From: Macrostomum lignano
Taxonomy: Eukaryota
Direction: 5' to 3'
Length of the DNA stretch: 64,000 nt
NCBI GenBank assembly: GCA_002269645.1
Contig: NIVC01003215.1
Span: forward strand, 1 to 64,000
Positions 25,539 through 37,700 of this stretch are shown here, piece by piece. Within the stretch, counting starts at the first letter, position 1, and each line of letters starts with the position of its first letter. The translations under genes were made by a program, and so were the position numbers. The notes beneath the pieces were generated by a model, which did not search any database, was not told where the DNA came from, and saw only the letters and a program-made list of their open reading frames with translations.

Positions 25539-25686
25539 ATATATTTGATATTAAATAAAAGTAATTTCTCATTGCTAAAAACAAGTCAAATAGTTAATAA
25601 AAAAGACAGTATAACAATTATGTCTATGATTTAGACTTTATAGCCATTTTTCTTGTCAGTGTTATGTCTTTGTATATACATGTACA

Positions 25687-26293
25687 CCATAGTCCAGATC
25701 ATGCTGGACTTACGCCGGAGGAAAAATCCTACATTTTTTGGCACTTACGCCAGACTTACGCCAACCAAAAAAGGTCCCTCTGACTTACGCTACCCAAAAA
25801 AAGGTCCTTCACAATTCTTGTGAATAGAATAGAATAGAATAGAATAGAATAGATGATTTACAATTAATTGGTGATTAATTAAATTCAGAAGTTGCAACTG
25901 TTTAAAAATCTCACAAGTTGCAAATTCTGAATCAAGAATCAAAGTAAGCATCTTGAAGCTAAAAAAACTTTTGCTATCCTACAATAGATATTCTGCTATC
26001 CTGCTATCTCATTTATACGAACTGCAATATTTTAATGAACTTTGTTTTAATGCTGCTCTTTAACATCATAATTAACGCAAATGTGTAATGTTCTATAGTG
26101 ATACATTTGATCGTGAATGATCTCATTTGTGCCAACATTTATGCCACTTGATTTATGCCATGTACTTATGCCAAGCACTTACGCCAAGGCACATTTTGGC
26201 CTATACTTACGCCAAGCACTTATGCCAGCCTCCAATCCCAAACCAGATTTATGCCAGAGATCTCTAGCGTAAACGACATGATCTGGACTATGG
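25687..26293. mobile_element. 607-bp MITE with 17-bp TIR (CCATAGTCCAGATCATG) and 8-bp TSD CATGTACA
   Basis: Perfect TIRs at 25687-25703 and 26277-26293. Identical 8-mers at 25679-25686 and 26294-26301. Many internal TTAYGCC motifs. Confidence 0.85.
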
Positions 26294-26768
26294 CATGTAC
26301 ATTGGGTAGACTTATCTGGACCCAATCCCTTATTCTACATACATACTAAGACTAAGATACTAAGATGGCCACAGCTTTGAATGGCTGCTTAGATAGGAAT
26401 AGGTCTATATATTTCCTCATAGCATAATATAGCATACATATATAGCTATATAGCCAGTGATTTGAGCAATTCTATAATATTTTATTGGTACCTTTACATA
26501 ACTATTGTGTGTCTATTTATTAATGCTTAGCTACTTATATTTGCATTGTAGAACTTATGCCCATAGTTTCCCTTCTTATAAATCATTTTACATTAGACAT
26601 TTTACAACTCTCACCCTACTTTATCTATTAGGCTAACTTTATGTATGATACAAGTCACAACACAAAGTACACGTATAGGAGCATCAGCATTAGCATTAAT
26701 ATTATAATAATGCCTTGGAAGTTGGAAGTCTCTAAATAATCAATACAACACTAGGTATTATAAAATTC

Positions 26769-27934
26769 GACTTCCAGACAATCTGGCTACAAGACAATCT
26801 GGCAATAGACAAACTGGCAACAGTCAAATTGGCGACAGATGATCCGGCAACAGATTTTGTATTGTACATAGATTTTATGGATTTTAGATAAAAATTTAGA
26901 TATAAAACAAAACTTTACATGAATTATATACTAGCTGTAGTTTTCAATTATTATAATCATCATTATAATGTTTTATCATTATCTCATATTATCATTATAA
27001 GAAAACAAGCTGTTAATAGTTGATCCAAATCCGCACATTTTGAACCCAATAAATTCCAATTCTCTCAGTTATTTTTGCATACATTCTAATAAAAAAGTTA
27101 ATAACAATAATACCAATTATAATAATTTCAACAATCAAAGCTCCGTTTAATCTGTTTAAATAGCAATCACCGGCTTCCATAGTGCGGAAGGACGGGTATA
27201 CGCCAGAAATCTCTGTCGTACACAGGGATCGCCTGTCGTACATGTCATATATTGCTAATTTTTGGGGGGCACTATGTCGGACACTGTCGATGCCATACTA
27301 CTCATACGTGAAGTATAGACATAGTTAGTATTCCTTTGATAGACAATCGGACACCAGTACCAGATACTTGTAGTCTCGTAACTAACTCATAATGTCGTTG
27401 TTAACGTATTGCGTTGAAGCAAAGAAGTAAAAATTCAATAGTTGCACTTTTCCTTTCAAAGGGTAATTTAAATTATCAGTATTATATTCGTACAAACTCT
27501 TAAATTCAATTTTATTGGCGCAAAACTATACTTGACATTGCAAGCAGAAAAGTACAATATATCTGTTGTTTTACTTTGCATATTAAAAAAATGCAATATC
27601 AAGAATTTCCCGCACCTACCCACATATTCAAAAAGTTGACTTTATTTATTGCCAATTTCATATAATTGAATCAATTTTTGTCGTACAGCACTTCCTTAAA
27701 CTCTAACTCTGTTGTACAACACTAGTACCATTTTCCAATCCCTGTCGTACTGTCGTACAACAGGCCGAAATGAAAATTTGCCTTCCGTCGTATACAGAAA
27801 TCCTTCTGCACTATGGACCGGCTTTCATGTAATAGCTTTTTACTACAAATTGTCGCCGGATTGACTGTTGCCCTTTTGACTGTCACCGGATTGTCTGTCG
27901 TTGGATCGTCCTGTTGCCGGATTGACTGGAAACC
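26769..27934. mobile_element. Decayed foldback-like element with inverted subterminal arrays of about 15-bp units
   Basis: The left array (ACAATCTGGCAATAG-like) and the right array are approximate reverse complements. No TSD found. Confidence 0.4.
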
Positions 27935-30069
27935 ATAAAATTCCAACCCCAAAGCTGACTGGGGCAAAAAGACTTTGTCTTTATTAACTAAATTGTATTT
28001 CATTCATTAACTTCATACATAAATTGTAATATGAATAGTAGGCCTAGGCCTATCAACTGGCAATCTAATCTTAGTATAGAAAACCAAAAATTGCATATAA
28101 ATTCATAACTCACCAGATTCTATTTGGTTAAAATTTGCATGGTTGCATGTTTCATCCTGCTTATTAACTTCCTGCAACCAATCAAATACCTTTTCTTTTC
28201 TTTTCTCTTCCATTAAAATTTACCTTTTAGCTTAAGATCAAAAGGCTAGTCCAAAACAAATATTGCTGTTTATGCTCAGTTATATTAGTCTCAGGACTAT
28301 ATTACAACGACGGGCATAGATACAAATTGTCGCTTGTGTCGTAGGGCCACCGAAATTTAACTTTTGTTGTTTCTTTCTTATATTCAAAACTCCGCTGAAT
28401 TGACGACCGATGTTTAAACCGATTTAAACAAAGATTAAATTTTCAGCGCACATGACAAGATTTTAGGTTTAGAGATAGCACCATAAATTCTATAAAAATG
28501 CAAAAAAAAACTTATTTGTAAAAACAGATTATAAAGTATTTCTAAGAAGGTTTTTTTAATGTTCTTTTTAGATTTTCAGCAAAGTAATAATAAAACTAGC
28601 AAACTAGCCGAATGAGCAAGGAGCAAAAATAGTTTATGGAAAACAATTAAAAAAAGCTGTCTGTTTGTCAGTCTGTCTGTCAGTCTGACTGTCTGTCTGC
28701 CTGTTAAACATTTTCTTAAGAACCAATTCCTTCTTTACTTTTAAAAATCATCTTATATTCATGTAAAATTGTCACGGACAAAGATTTTTGCTATGAATCT
28801 CTTTTTTTTCTAAAATTAACAAACAGACAACAAAATATAGCCCCCCTAAATAGAAAATATTTCGGCATTCCTTCGGTTCACGATCACCACAAAAAACAGT
28901 TGTAAGACATAAAATCCATAGTTTCCAATGAAACATAATCAAATGTTTTGTTTTTGTTTTTGCACTATAGTAAGCAAAATATAAGGTGATTGTAAACCAA
29001 ATCTGGAAAAATAGAAGGAGGCTCTTCATATTGCTTGTAAAAATTTGTAAAGCATAACTTTTTGTCTCCTAAATTATAGGGATAGGCCTATTAGTGCTTT
29101 AAAATTGTGATTATTGAATGGCAATAGATAGCCAAGAAGATTGTGAAAAAAGTGAAAATTGTGCAAAGTAAGGCTTTTAAGGCAGTCATACATTCAACAA
29201 AGTTAAATAGTTGTACTGCTTTTTTTCTTGAAAATCCAAACAGATTCTGGTTCTGGAATCTGTTGGCATGTAGGCTTTTCACACAATGATTCCAGAGGAC
29301 CAGAACCAGAATCGGTTTGGATCTTCTGAGACAAAACGCAGTATAACTATTTAACTTTGTTGAATGTTTGACTGCCTTAACAGCCTCATGTTGCATATTT
29401 TTCACTTTCTTCTTGGCTATTGCAATTCAATAATTACAACTTTAGAGCATGTACATCCCTCTAGTTAAAGAGAGAAAAAGTTATACTTTGCAAATTGGAT
29501 TTGGTTCTAGAACCAGAACAAGCAATATGAAAAGGCCCATAAAGAGCCTTAAGGTGATTGTAAACCGAAACTGGCAAAATAGATGGTAATCGTAAACCAA
29601 AAGGATTGCCAATATTCTAAAGACAGCAAGTACCCCCTCTCCCAGATATTGTAGAAACATCTATCTAGATAGCAAGCATCCCTAAATAGCAAGCATCCCT
29701 AGATAAAAAGAATACCTAAATAGCAAGCATCTCTGGATAGAAAGAATCCCATATATCATACATGTAGCCAATACCATATCCCCCTCTCCCAAATAGCAAG
29801 TACCCTCCCCCCCTTGAGAGTAAGCATCTATTAGATAGCAAGTAGCTAATGCAAATATGTTACCTCTACTAATGCAATAGTTGCTTTCTCAGGTTGTGCA
29901 ACAATCTACATCTCAGCTAGCACAATAATCTCTTTTAGACAATGTAATAATCAGTTTCTCAGCTATTAAAATAATCATTTTCTCATCTAGTGCAATAATT
30001 TTTTATTCATTAAGTCCAAAAATTGATGTCTTAGCTTATATGCAATATCCCTTGCTAATATAGTACAAT

Positions 30070-30351
30070 AATCCTTAGCTTATCAAGTGCAATATTCCTT
30101 GGTTTATCTAGTGCAATATTCCTTATTATCAAAGTGCAATAATACTTGGCTTATCAAGTGCAATATTCTTTATTATCCAGTGCAAAAATCCATGGCTTAT
30201 CAAGTGCAATAATCCTTGGTATATTAGGCCTTGGCCTAAGTGCAATAATCCTTGGTTTATCAATATCAAGTGCAATAATCCTTGATAATCCTTGGCTTAT
30301 CAAGTGCAACAATCCTTGGCTTATCAAGTGCAATAATCCTTAGTTTATCAA
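30070..30351. repeat. Degenerate roughly 23-bp repeat (TTATCAAGTGCAATAATCCTTGG), resuming at 32386-32500
   Basis: Direct inspection; the array is split by the 30352-32385 insertion. Confidence 0.75.
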
Positions 30352-32385
30352 GGTGTAAGACCAAGATGGCCACACATCAAGATAGCCACAGCTGGGGTGG
30401 GGGTCACAGAAAATGACAACTGGTTTACTATTGGATAGCTTTGGGTGGGGAGATGTGGGATTGAAATGGGGGGGGGGTTTAGATAGGCAGTTAGAAAATT
30501 TTGAGTATATTGGGTTAAAGACAAAAATGGTTACGAGTCTTGATTTCCTACTTATAGTAGGCCCCTAAGAGGTGTAAACATATTTTGTATTAAACAAATA
30601 TCTTCTTCATATAAAATCAGGTATAGTTTTTTTCGATTTCTCTCTTTGGTTGAGACTAATTTACTTGTTTAAAAGGGATAAAAAGTAGGTAAATTCCTAC
30701 AAAATTTTAAACAGCAGGGCAGGACCTCCTGCGGAGTAGACCCATAGAAAATTTTTTGGTTTCCAAAATAATTTTGACTTATAGGGAATAAACACATACT
30801 GTACGGGCCTAATTTTTTAGCTCAAATCCTAAATATTTAAACATTGCCACGGGAACACAGAGTCACAACATAGATTGAATATAATAGAAAGCGTAAATAA
30901 ATAAGCGAAAAGCGATATCCAATGAGGCAACACAAGCAAACTTTCAATATGCTATTTGGAAGGGGATTAAGCAATCACGGGCTGACTACTATTCTGCCAC
31001 TCAGTGGGGGTCAAACAAGAGACTCCTAATAAATAAAATTTCTTAGTCCTATAATCTATAATGGCATGAGTGCTAGCTAGAAAGGTGCTGCCTAGGAGTG
31101 ACATTGCCATTGAATTGCCAACAATTTTTATCTTTGGAGCTAAGGGTACAAGCTGGAGCAAGAGGGCACCGTTGCTATCCACACCCTAGAGATCAATGTA
31201 GATGTAAGAATAAAGAATGTACAATGGCCAGTGGGCAGTAGGGGATTGCATTTGTGCTCCCTTTCTCAAGAGCCTTATTCCTTTCTTTCTCTGCCCCATC
31301 ACTACTTGGTTGTATAAGTGCCGTCAACCTCAATCAGGTATGTGGACATACAATGGTTCACATTGTTCTCAACCCCATTCCACTATAGTTTTTATCTAAT
31401 GTGACTAAGCTAGGTGCTTTTAGTGCAGGGGTTGGCAAACTTTTTACCTTGATTGAGAACCCAGCTCATGACTGCCCTTCTGGGTCCACTTCGTTGGGCC
31501 CCTAAGCAAAGCAAGGAGTCCTGATGACAGCAAGCCAGAGGTGAAGAAAGAGGGTAAGGAATAGAGAAGAGAAATATGAGCATAGGATAAAGGAGAGGTG
31601 AAGGAATAAAGGAGAAGAGAGTTGATGAGAGGAGATATTAAATATGAGCGGAGAGAGAGGAGAAGGAAGATTAATGGAGAGGAGAAAGAAGGGAATGGAG
31701 AAGAGAATGAAGAGGAGAAGGGAGATGAGAGGAAAGAGGTAAGGAGAGAGAAGAGGATAGAGGTGTGGAGAGAGGAGAGGAAAGGAGAGAGGAGAGGGCA
31801 GAGATGAGAGAGAGAAAAGATAAGAGACAAGAGGGCAGAGATGAGAGCGAGAACAGATGAGAGGAGAGGGCAAAGATGAGAGAGAAAAGATAAGAGGAAA
31901 GGGCAGAGATGAGAGAGAAAAAGATGATACAGGAGAGGGCAGAGATAAGAGAGAGAAAAGATTAGAGACAAGAGGGCAGAGATGAGAGAGAAAAGATAAG
32001 AGACAAGAGGGCACTCCAATTTTTGCTTATCATAACTAATACCCTTACCCTCTACCTTTAACTTTTAACATATACAAACAACACGTCAGTTTTAGTATAT
32101 TGAGATAGGTTTTAAACTATTATCCATGATATAAAAATCAAATCTCTTGTGCTAATAGTGCTACTAGCTTTAGTAGGTAGTAATACTAGCTATAAAGGGA
32201 AGTGTTTTTTGTTTTACTAATCTAATTTCAATAACAAAATCTGTCTTCTCCAAGACTTAAAGCTAGGTCATACCCCATCCCAATCATAGCCAATAGGAAA
32301 TGAGGAAATATATAGACCTATTCCTATCCAAGCAGCCATTCAGAGCTGTGGCCATCTTAGTATGTGGCCATCTTGGTCATGCGCC
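30352..32385. mobile_element. 2-kb non-autonomous TIR element with GG...CC termini and 8-bp TSD TTTATCAA (possibly Merlin-like)
   Basis: Termini GGTGTAAGACCAAGATGGCCAC and GTGGCCATCTTGGTCATGCGCC. TTTATCAA occurs at 30344-30351 and 32386-32393. No transposase ORF. Confidence 0.75.
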
Positions 32386-34307
32386 TTTATCAAGTGCAAT
32401 AATATTAGGTTTATCAAGTGCAATAATATTTGGTTTATCAAGCGTAGTAATCTTTGGTTTATCAGGTGCAATAATCCTTGGTTTATCAAGTGCCACAATC
32501 CAGGTATTTTAATTAGTCCTTTAAACAAAAGCTTTCAATAAAAGTTAGAAAGGAACTAGATTCAAACATAGGTTGCTGCATTAGCAGTCCGGTGTGTTCA
32601 TATCTAGGCTAGCTCTCATTAAATTTATAAATAATTTTGTAATATTTATAATTCAATATTCACACCAAGTCAGTTGAGTAAAAGTCATACAAAGCAGTTA
32701 TGACATAATCAATTTTTTAGGTAAGTTAGTACCAGTCTCTATTAAAGTTAGCAATATGGTTATGCAATATAAATCAAGTATTGTGCTATTTCTACATTGC
32801 ATTTTCAATTCTGTGATGACACAATTTAATTCAGTGTCAAAATTCAGCCAGTACACAGACTAAAATAAATAAAAAGCCAATTGTGATGTAATCTACTTCA
32901 GAATCAGAATTCAAACAGTCAGAAAATTGTTTAAGCCATTTTTGCTAAAATTGATCATATATCTAGATACCTAGATAGATACTTACCAACAAACCATTTT
33001 TAGTATATGGACAAGCATACAAAAATTAGAGATTTAGTATATTTAGATAGATTTTCAATATATTAGAAATAGTATGTATGCATTAAGCTGCACGCATTAA
33101 AGTCAACTCCAAATAAATAAACTTAGGGATAAGTCAACTTGAATTAGTTCATATTTTTCTAGAGAAATAAAAGATCTATAAACCTTAAAAATCTAGAAAT
33201 TAGCAACTTAAAAGCTATTGTTATATTCAACTTTTTGTTTACTAATCAATTATTATTCATAAATACTGATATAATAGTTTTGAAACTAATGACCTATAGG
33301 ATAAGCCTAATACAAAAACTTTCATATTTTTCAATATTTCTGCCTACTTATTACCTATTATCTATCAAATCTATTATTATCAATTTATTAAAAAACAATT
33401 ACTAGTGGTAATGCTATACAAAAAAGTTGGGATAAATATATAAGTCTATAATATATTTATTTTATACAAGGCTACTTGGTTTATTTAGTGGATAAATATC
33501 TATAAGTCAGGCTACAATTAAAGCTAAAGCCAAAGGGAATAATTATAATATAATATAATTCTATTATAGTATTTATCTTCTCAAGACTTGAAGATCTACA
33601 CATAATTCATACATGCGCAACTGCTGGCCAACCTGGCCAATCTGGCCACCATAAATTGTGGTGGACCAGGGGTAAGTCGCAAAAATGCCCAGCCTAAATA
33701 ATACAGATGTAGTACTAATGAGATGACGAGGCATTTAGCCCTTATAAGACATTCATAGTTACTCCTGCCGTTTACCCAAAATTGCGTTGGGTTTCTTTCA
33801 CAGGTAAGTTGCATTTTTCGTCAAAAAGTAAGTCGCATGGCCAGTGTAAATCGGGGGGGGGTTGCGCATGTATGTACAAATTACTATTAATAGAAAATGA
33901 ATGAAATATGAGACCTAGGCTTAGTTGTTATTATCTATCATTATGTTAAACAATGCTATTATTATCTATATCCATTATTGACTATTTGACAAAATGCTAG
34001 TTTATAAAATACCTAGCACCCTTAATTCAAACCAAATGTCTAATCAATTCAATTTTAAATATACCTCCTAGGCCTATCTCTAGTCTAGTATAGGATACTA
34101 GGCCCTTATAAGATCAATATTTGTGGGTTTTAATTTTGAATAATAGGAGATTTATTAAACCAATCCCAATTAGGCAAAATTTGAAACCAATAGCTTTGCT
34201 GCAGCTATTGCATGGTATATCTAAAAGCTATATATAGCCATACCTACCCTTAATTATCCTAGCTAATCTTAGTACCCATTTTAGCTGTGTCATAAACTAA
34301 AGAAATG

Positions 34308-34408
34308 CAGAGTTAAATGTCTTGCAAATTGTTCTGAGTGGGTCAAGACTTGAACTTTCATCCTTCAAGTTGTGAGTCTAGCACTCTAACTACTAGACTA
34401 CAACCCCC
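34308..34408 (-). mobile_element. Decayed tRNA head of the same SINE family as 850-1100
   Basis: The reverse complement GGGGTTGTAGTCTAGTAGTTAGAGTG...GTTCAAGTCTTGACCCACTCAGAACAATTTG aligns with the first copy. Confidence 0.7.
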
Positions 34409-34790
34409 TTGTCCATAAAAAAGATCTTTGAGTGCAAATACTCAAATTGGCTAAATCTTTATATATTAAAACACTGTTATGCAATAGTCAAGGCTTAGAC
34501 AAGACATCTATAGAAAAGGCAGATATATTCTAATTAGCTGTCATATAGCAAGTAGTTAAGCCATACTATGTCATAAAATTATATTATATTTGTTTAATTT
34601 TGCCTAATTGTTTTTTTAAATATTTAACCAAAAATAAAGAGAAACCTAAAAATCAACATGCAGTTTTTTGACAGATTTCGCACACCTAAGTCTTTTTTGT
34701 GCTTAGAATTTTGGTTACCTCCAAATTGACAAATAAGTAAATAAAATTGTTGCATGCACTAATTCTACTTTCATTTACAACAGCATAATC

Positions 34791-37700
34791 ATGTCTGAAG
34801 TATGTGCTACACAGTTCATAGATGGCTATAAAGATTTTGATGATATAATTGACACCAATGGGGCTACTCCTACCATTGAGAATGGTAGCCAGAATCCTGT
34901 AAATGGAAATGGATTATCAACTTGGGGACGGCTGTTATCTGTAAATGATGATTTTCCTTCTATTGGTAAGTGGCAATCTGAGCTTATATTCTTATATACC
35001 AAGCTATGGGTCACCCTTGTCTCCCCCAGTTCCTCCAGCAAGCCACCTAATCTTTGCTAACTAATTTTCCCTATCAAAAATGACTCGCAGAGCTGCAGAA
35101 GCACTCAATTTCTGTTGGTCGCGGCAGCTCGTGCGACTTTTGCTTGCCCAGTTTGAAGCGGAGCCAGCAAATTTCTACTCATCACTTCACTCTGCTACGA
35201 ATGGTAAGACTGTTCAATCAATCAATCATATTGCTCCCTAGGTTGATCTCACGTTCAGATTTAAAATTATTAAAAATCACAAAACTTCCTTCCAGCCGGA
35301 CGTTAAGGTAGACAGTCAGAGAAACGATTCTTTGGGCCAGTCAGTTAGCAACGGCGAGAGCAAAATAAACGCTAATGGCAATGGCGACTGCGCCGACGAA
35401 CAAGCTAATGGCCACGCCGAGCCGACCGTTACCATGGTCACTGTTTTGCAAGATCACAGTACTAATGGAACGTTTGTTGATGGCGTTAAGATTGGTAAGC
35501 TGATCATGGATCGGGAAATCTTTGCGTTATGCGGTGCTTTATTAATGTTGACACTCACTTGGGCTTATCTGTTTACTAGTCAGACCACAGCCCACCCCGT
35601 TTTCTACCACCCGCTGACACATGACTGTGTGTGAGGCTTATCTGTTTACTAGTCAGACCACAGCCCACCCCGTTTTCTACCACCCGCTGACACATGACTG
35701 TGTGTGAGGCTTATCTGTTTACTAGTCAGACCACAGCCATCCTATTTTCTACCACCCGCTGATTTTATGACTGTGTGAGGCTTATCTGTTTACTAGTCAG
35801 ACCACAGCCCACCCCGTTTTCTACCACCCGCTGACACATGACTGTGTGTGAGGCTTATCTGTTTACTAGTCAGACCACAGCCCACCCCGTTTTCTACCAC
35901 CCGCTGACACATGACTGTGTGTGAGGCTTATCCGTTTACTAGTCAGACCACAGCCCATCCTATTTTCTACCACCCGCTGATTTTATGACTGTGTGTGAGG
36001 CTTATCTGATTACTAGTCAGACCACAGCCCATCCTATTTTCTACCACCCGCTGACACATGACTGTGTGTGAGGCTTATCTGTTTACTAGTCAGACCACAG
36101 CCCACCCCGTTTTCTACCACCCGCTGACACATGACTGTGTGTGAGGCTTATCCGTTTACTAGTCAGACCACAGCCCATCCTATTTTCTACCACCCGCTGA
36201 TTTTATGACTGTGTGTGAGGCTTATCTGATTACTAGTCAGACCACAGCCCACCCCGTTTTCTACCACCCGCTGACACATGACTGTGTGTGAGGCTTATCT
36301 GTTTACTAGTCAGACCACAGCCCACCCCGTTTTCTACCACCCGCTGACACATGACTGTGTGTGAGGCTTATCCGTTTACTAGTCAGACCACAGCCCATCC
36401 TATTTTCTACCACCCGCTGATTTTATGACTGTGTGAGGCTTATCTGTTTACTAGTCAGACCACAGCCATCCTATTTTCTACCACCCGCTGATTTTATGAC
36501 TGTGTGAGGCTTATCTGTTTACTAGTCAGACCACAGCCCACCCCGTTTTCTACCACCCGCTGACACATGACTGTGTGTGAGGCTTATCTGTTTACTAGTC
36601 AGACCACAGCCCACCCCGTTTTCTACCACCCGCTGACACATGACTGTGTGTGAGGCTTATCCGTTTACTAGTCAGACCACAGCCCATCCTATTTTCTACC
36701 ACCCGCTGATTTTATGACTGTGTGTGAGGCTTATCTGATTACTAGTCAGACCACAGCCCATCCTATTTTCTACCACCCGCTGATTTTATGACTGTGTGAG
36801 GCTTATCTGATTACTAGTCAGATCACAGCCCACCTCGTTTTCTACCACCCGCTGATTTTATGACTGTGTGTGAGGCTTATCTGTTTACTAGTCAGACCAC
36901 AGCCCAGCCCGTTTTCTACCACCCGCTGATTTTATGACTGTGTGAGGCTTATCCGTTTACTAGTCAGACCACAGCCCATCCTATTTTCTACCACCCGCTG
37001 ATTTTATGACTGTGTGAGGCTTATCTGATTACTAGTCAGACCACAGCCCATCCCGTTTTCTACCACCCGCTGATTTTATGACTGTGTGAGGCTTATCCGT
37101 TTACTAGTCAGACCACAGCCCATCCCGTTTTCTACCACCCGCTGATTTTATGACTGTGTGAGGCTTATCCGTTTACTAGTCAGACCACAGCCCACCCCGT
37201 TTTCTACCACCCGCTGATTTTATGACTGTGTGAGGCTTATCTGTTTACTAGTCAGACCACAGCCATCCTATTTTCTACCACCCGCTGATTTTATGACTGT
37301 GTGAGGCTTATCTGATTACTAGTCAGATCACAGCCCACCTCGTTTTCTACCACCCGCTGATTTTATGACTGTGTGTGAGGCTTATCTGTTTACTAGTCAG
37401 ACCACAGCCCAGCCCGTTTTCTACCACCCGCTGATTTTATGACTGTGTGTGAGGCTTATCTGTTTACTAGTCAGACCACAGCCCACCCCGTTTTCTACCA
37501 CCCGCTGATTTTATGACTGTGTGTGAGGCTTATCTGTTTACTAGTCAGACCACAGCCCACCCCGTTTTCTACCACCCGCTGATTTTATGACTGTGTGTGA
37601 GGCTTATCTGTTTACTAGTCAGACCACAGCCCACCCCGTTTTCTACCACCACTAATCCTGCTGATATTATAGCTTTCCGATCGAAACCGTTTGTTGTGGG

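Noticed and set aside
27165-27245. Candidate first exon of rrn3 (ATG GAA GCC G|gtgatt, phase-compatible with the 19955 exon)
   Set aside because: The donor is weak, the exon is very short, and it lies inside a repeat-like element 7 kb away. It cannot be supported without cDNA.
28300-28720. Helentron/DINE-like element (GTCTGTCT microsatellite plus AACCGATTT motif)
   Set aside because: Termini and the diagnostic hairpin could not be identified.
31425-31450. hAT-like terminus CAGGGGTTGGCAAACTTTTT
   Set aside because: Only one end was seen, with no partner TIR or TSD.
33608-33874. Small element with 14-bp inverted ends CATACATGCGCAAC
   Set aside because: The flanks do not give a matching TSD, so it is too weak to classify.
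35565-37650. CRISPR-like array
   Set aside because: There are no unique spacers, no cas genes, and the context is a eukaryotic intron. The same applies to all other arrays.
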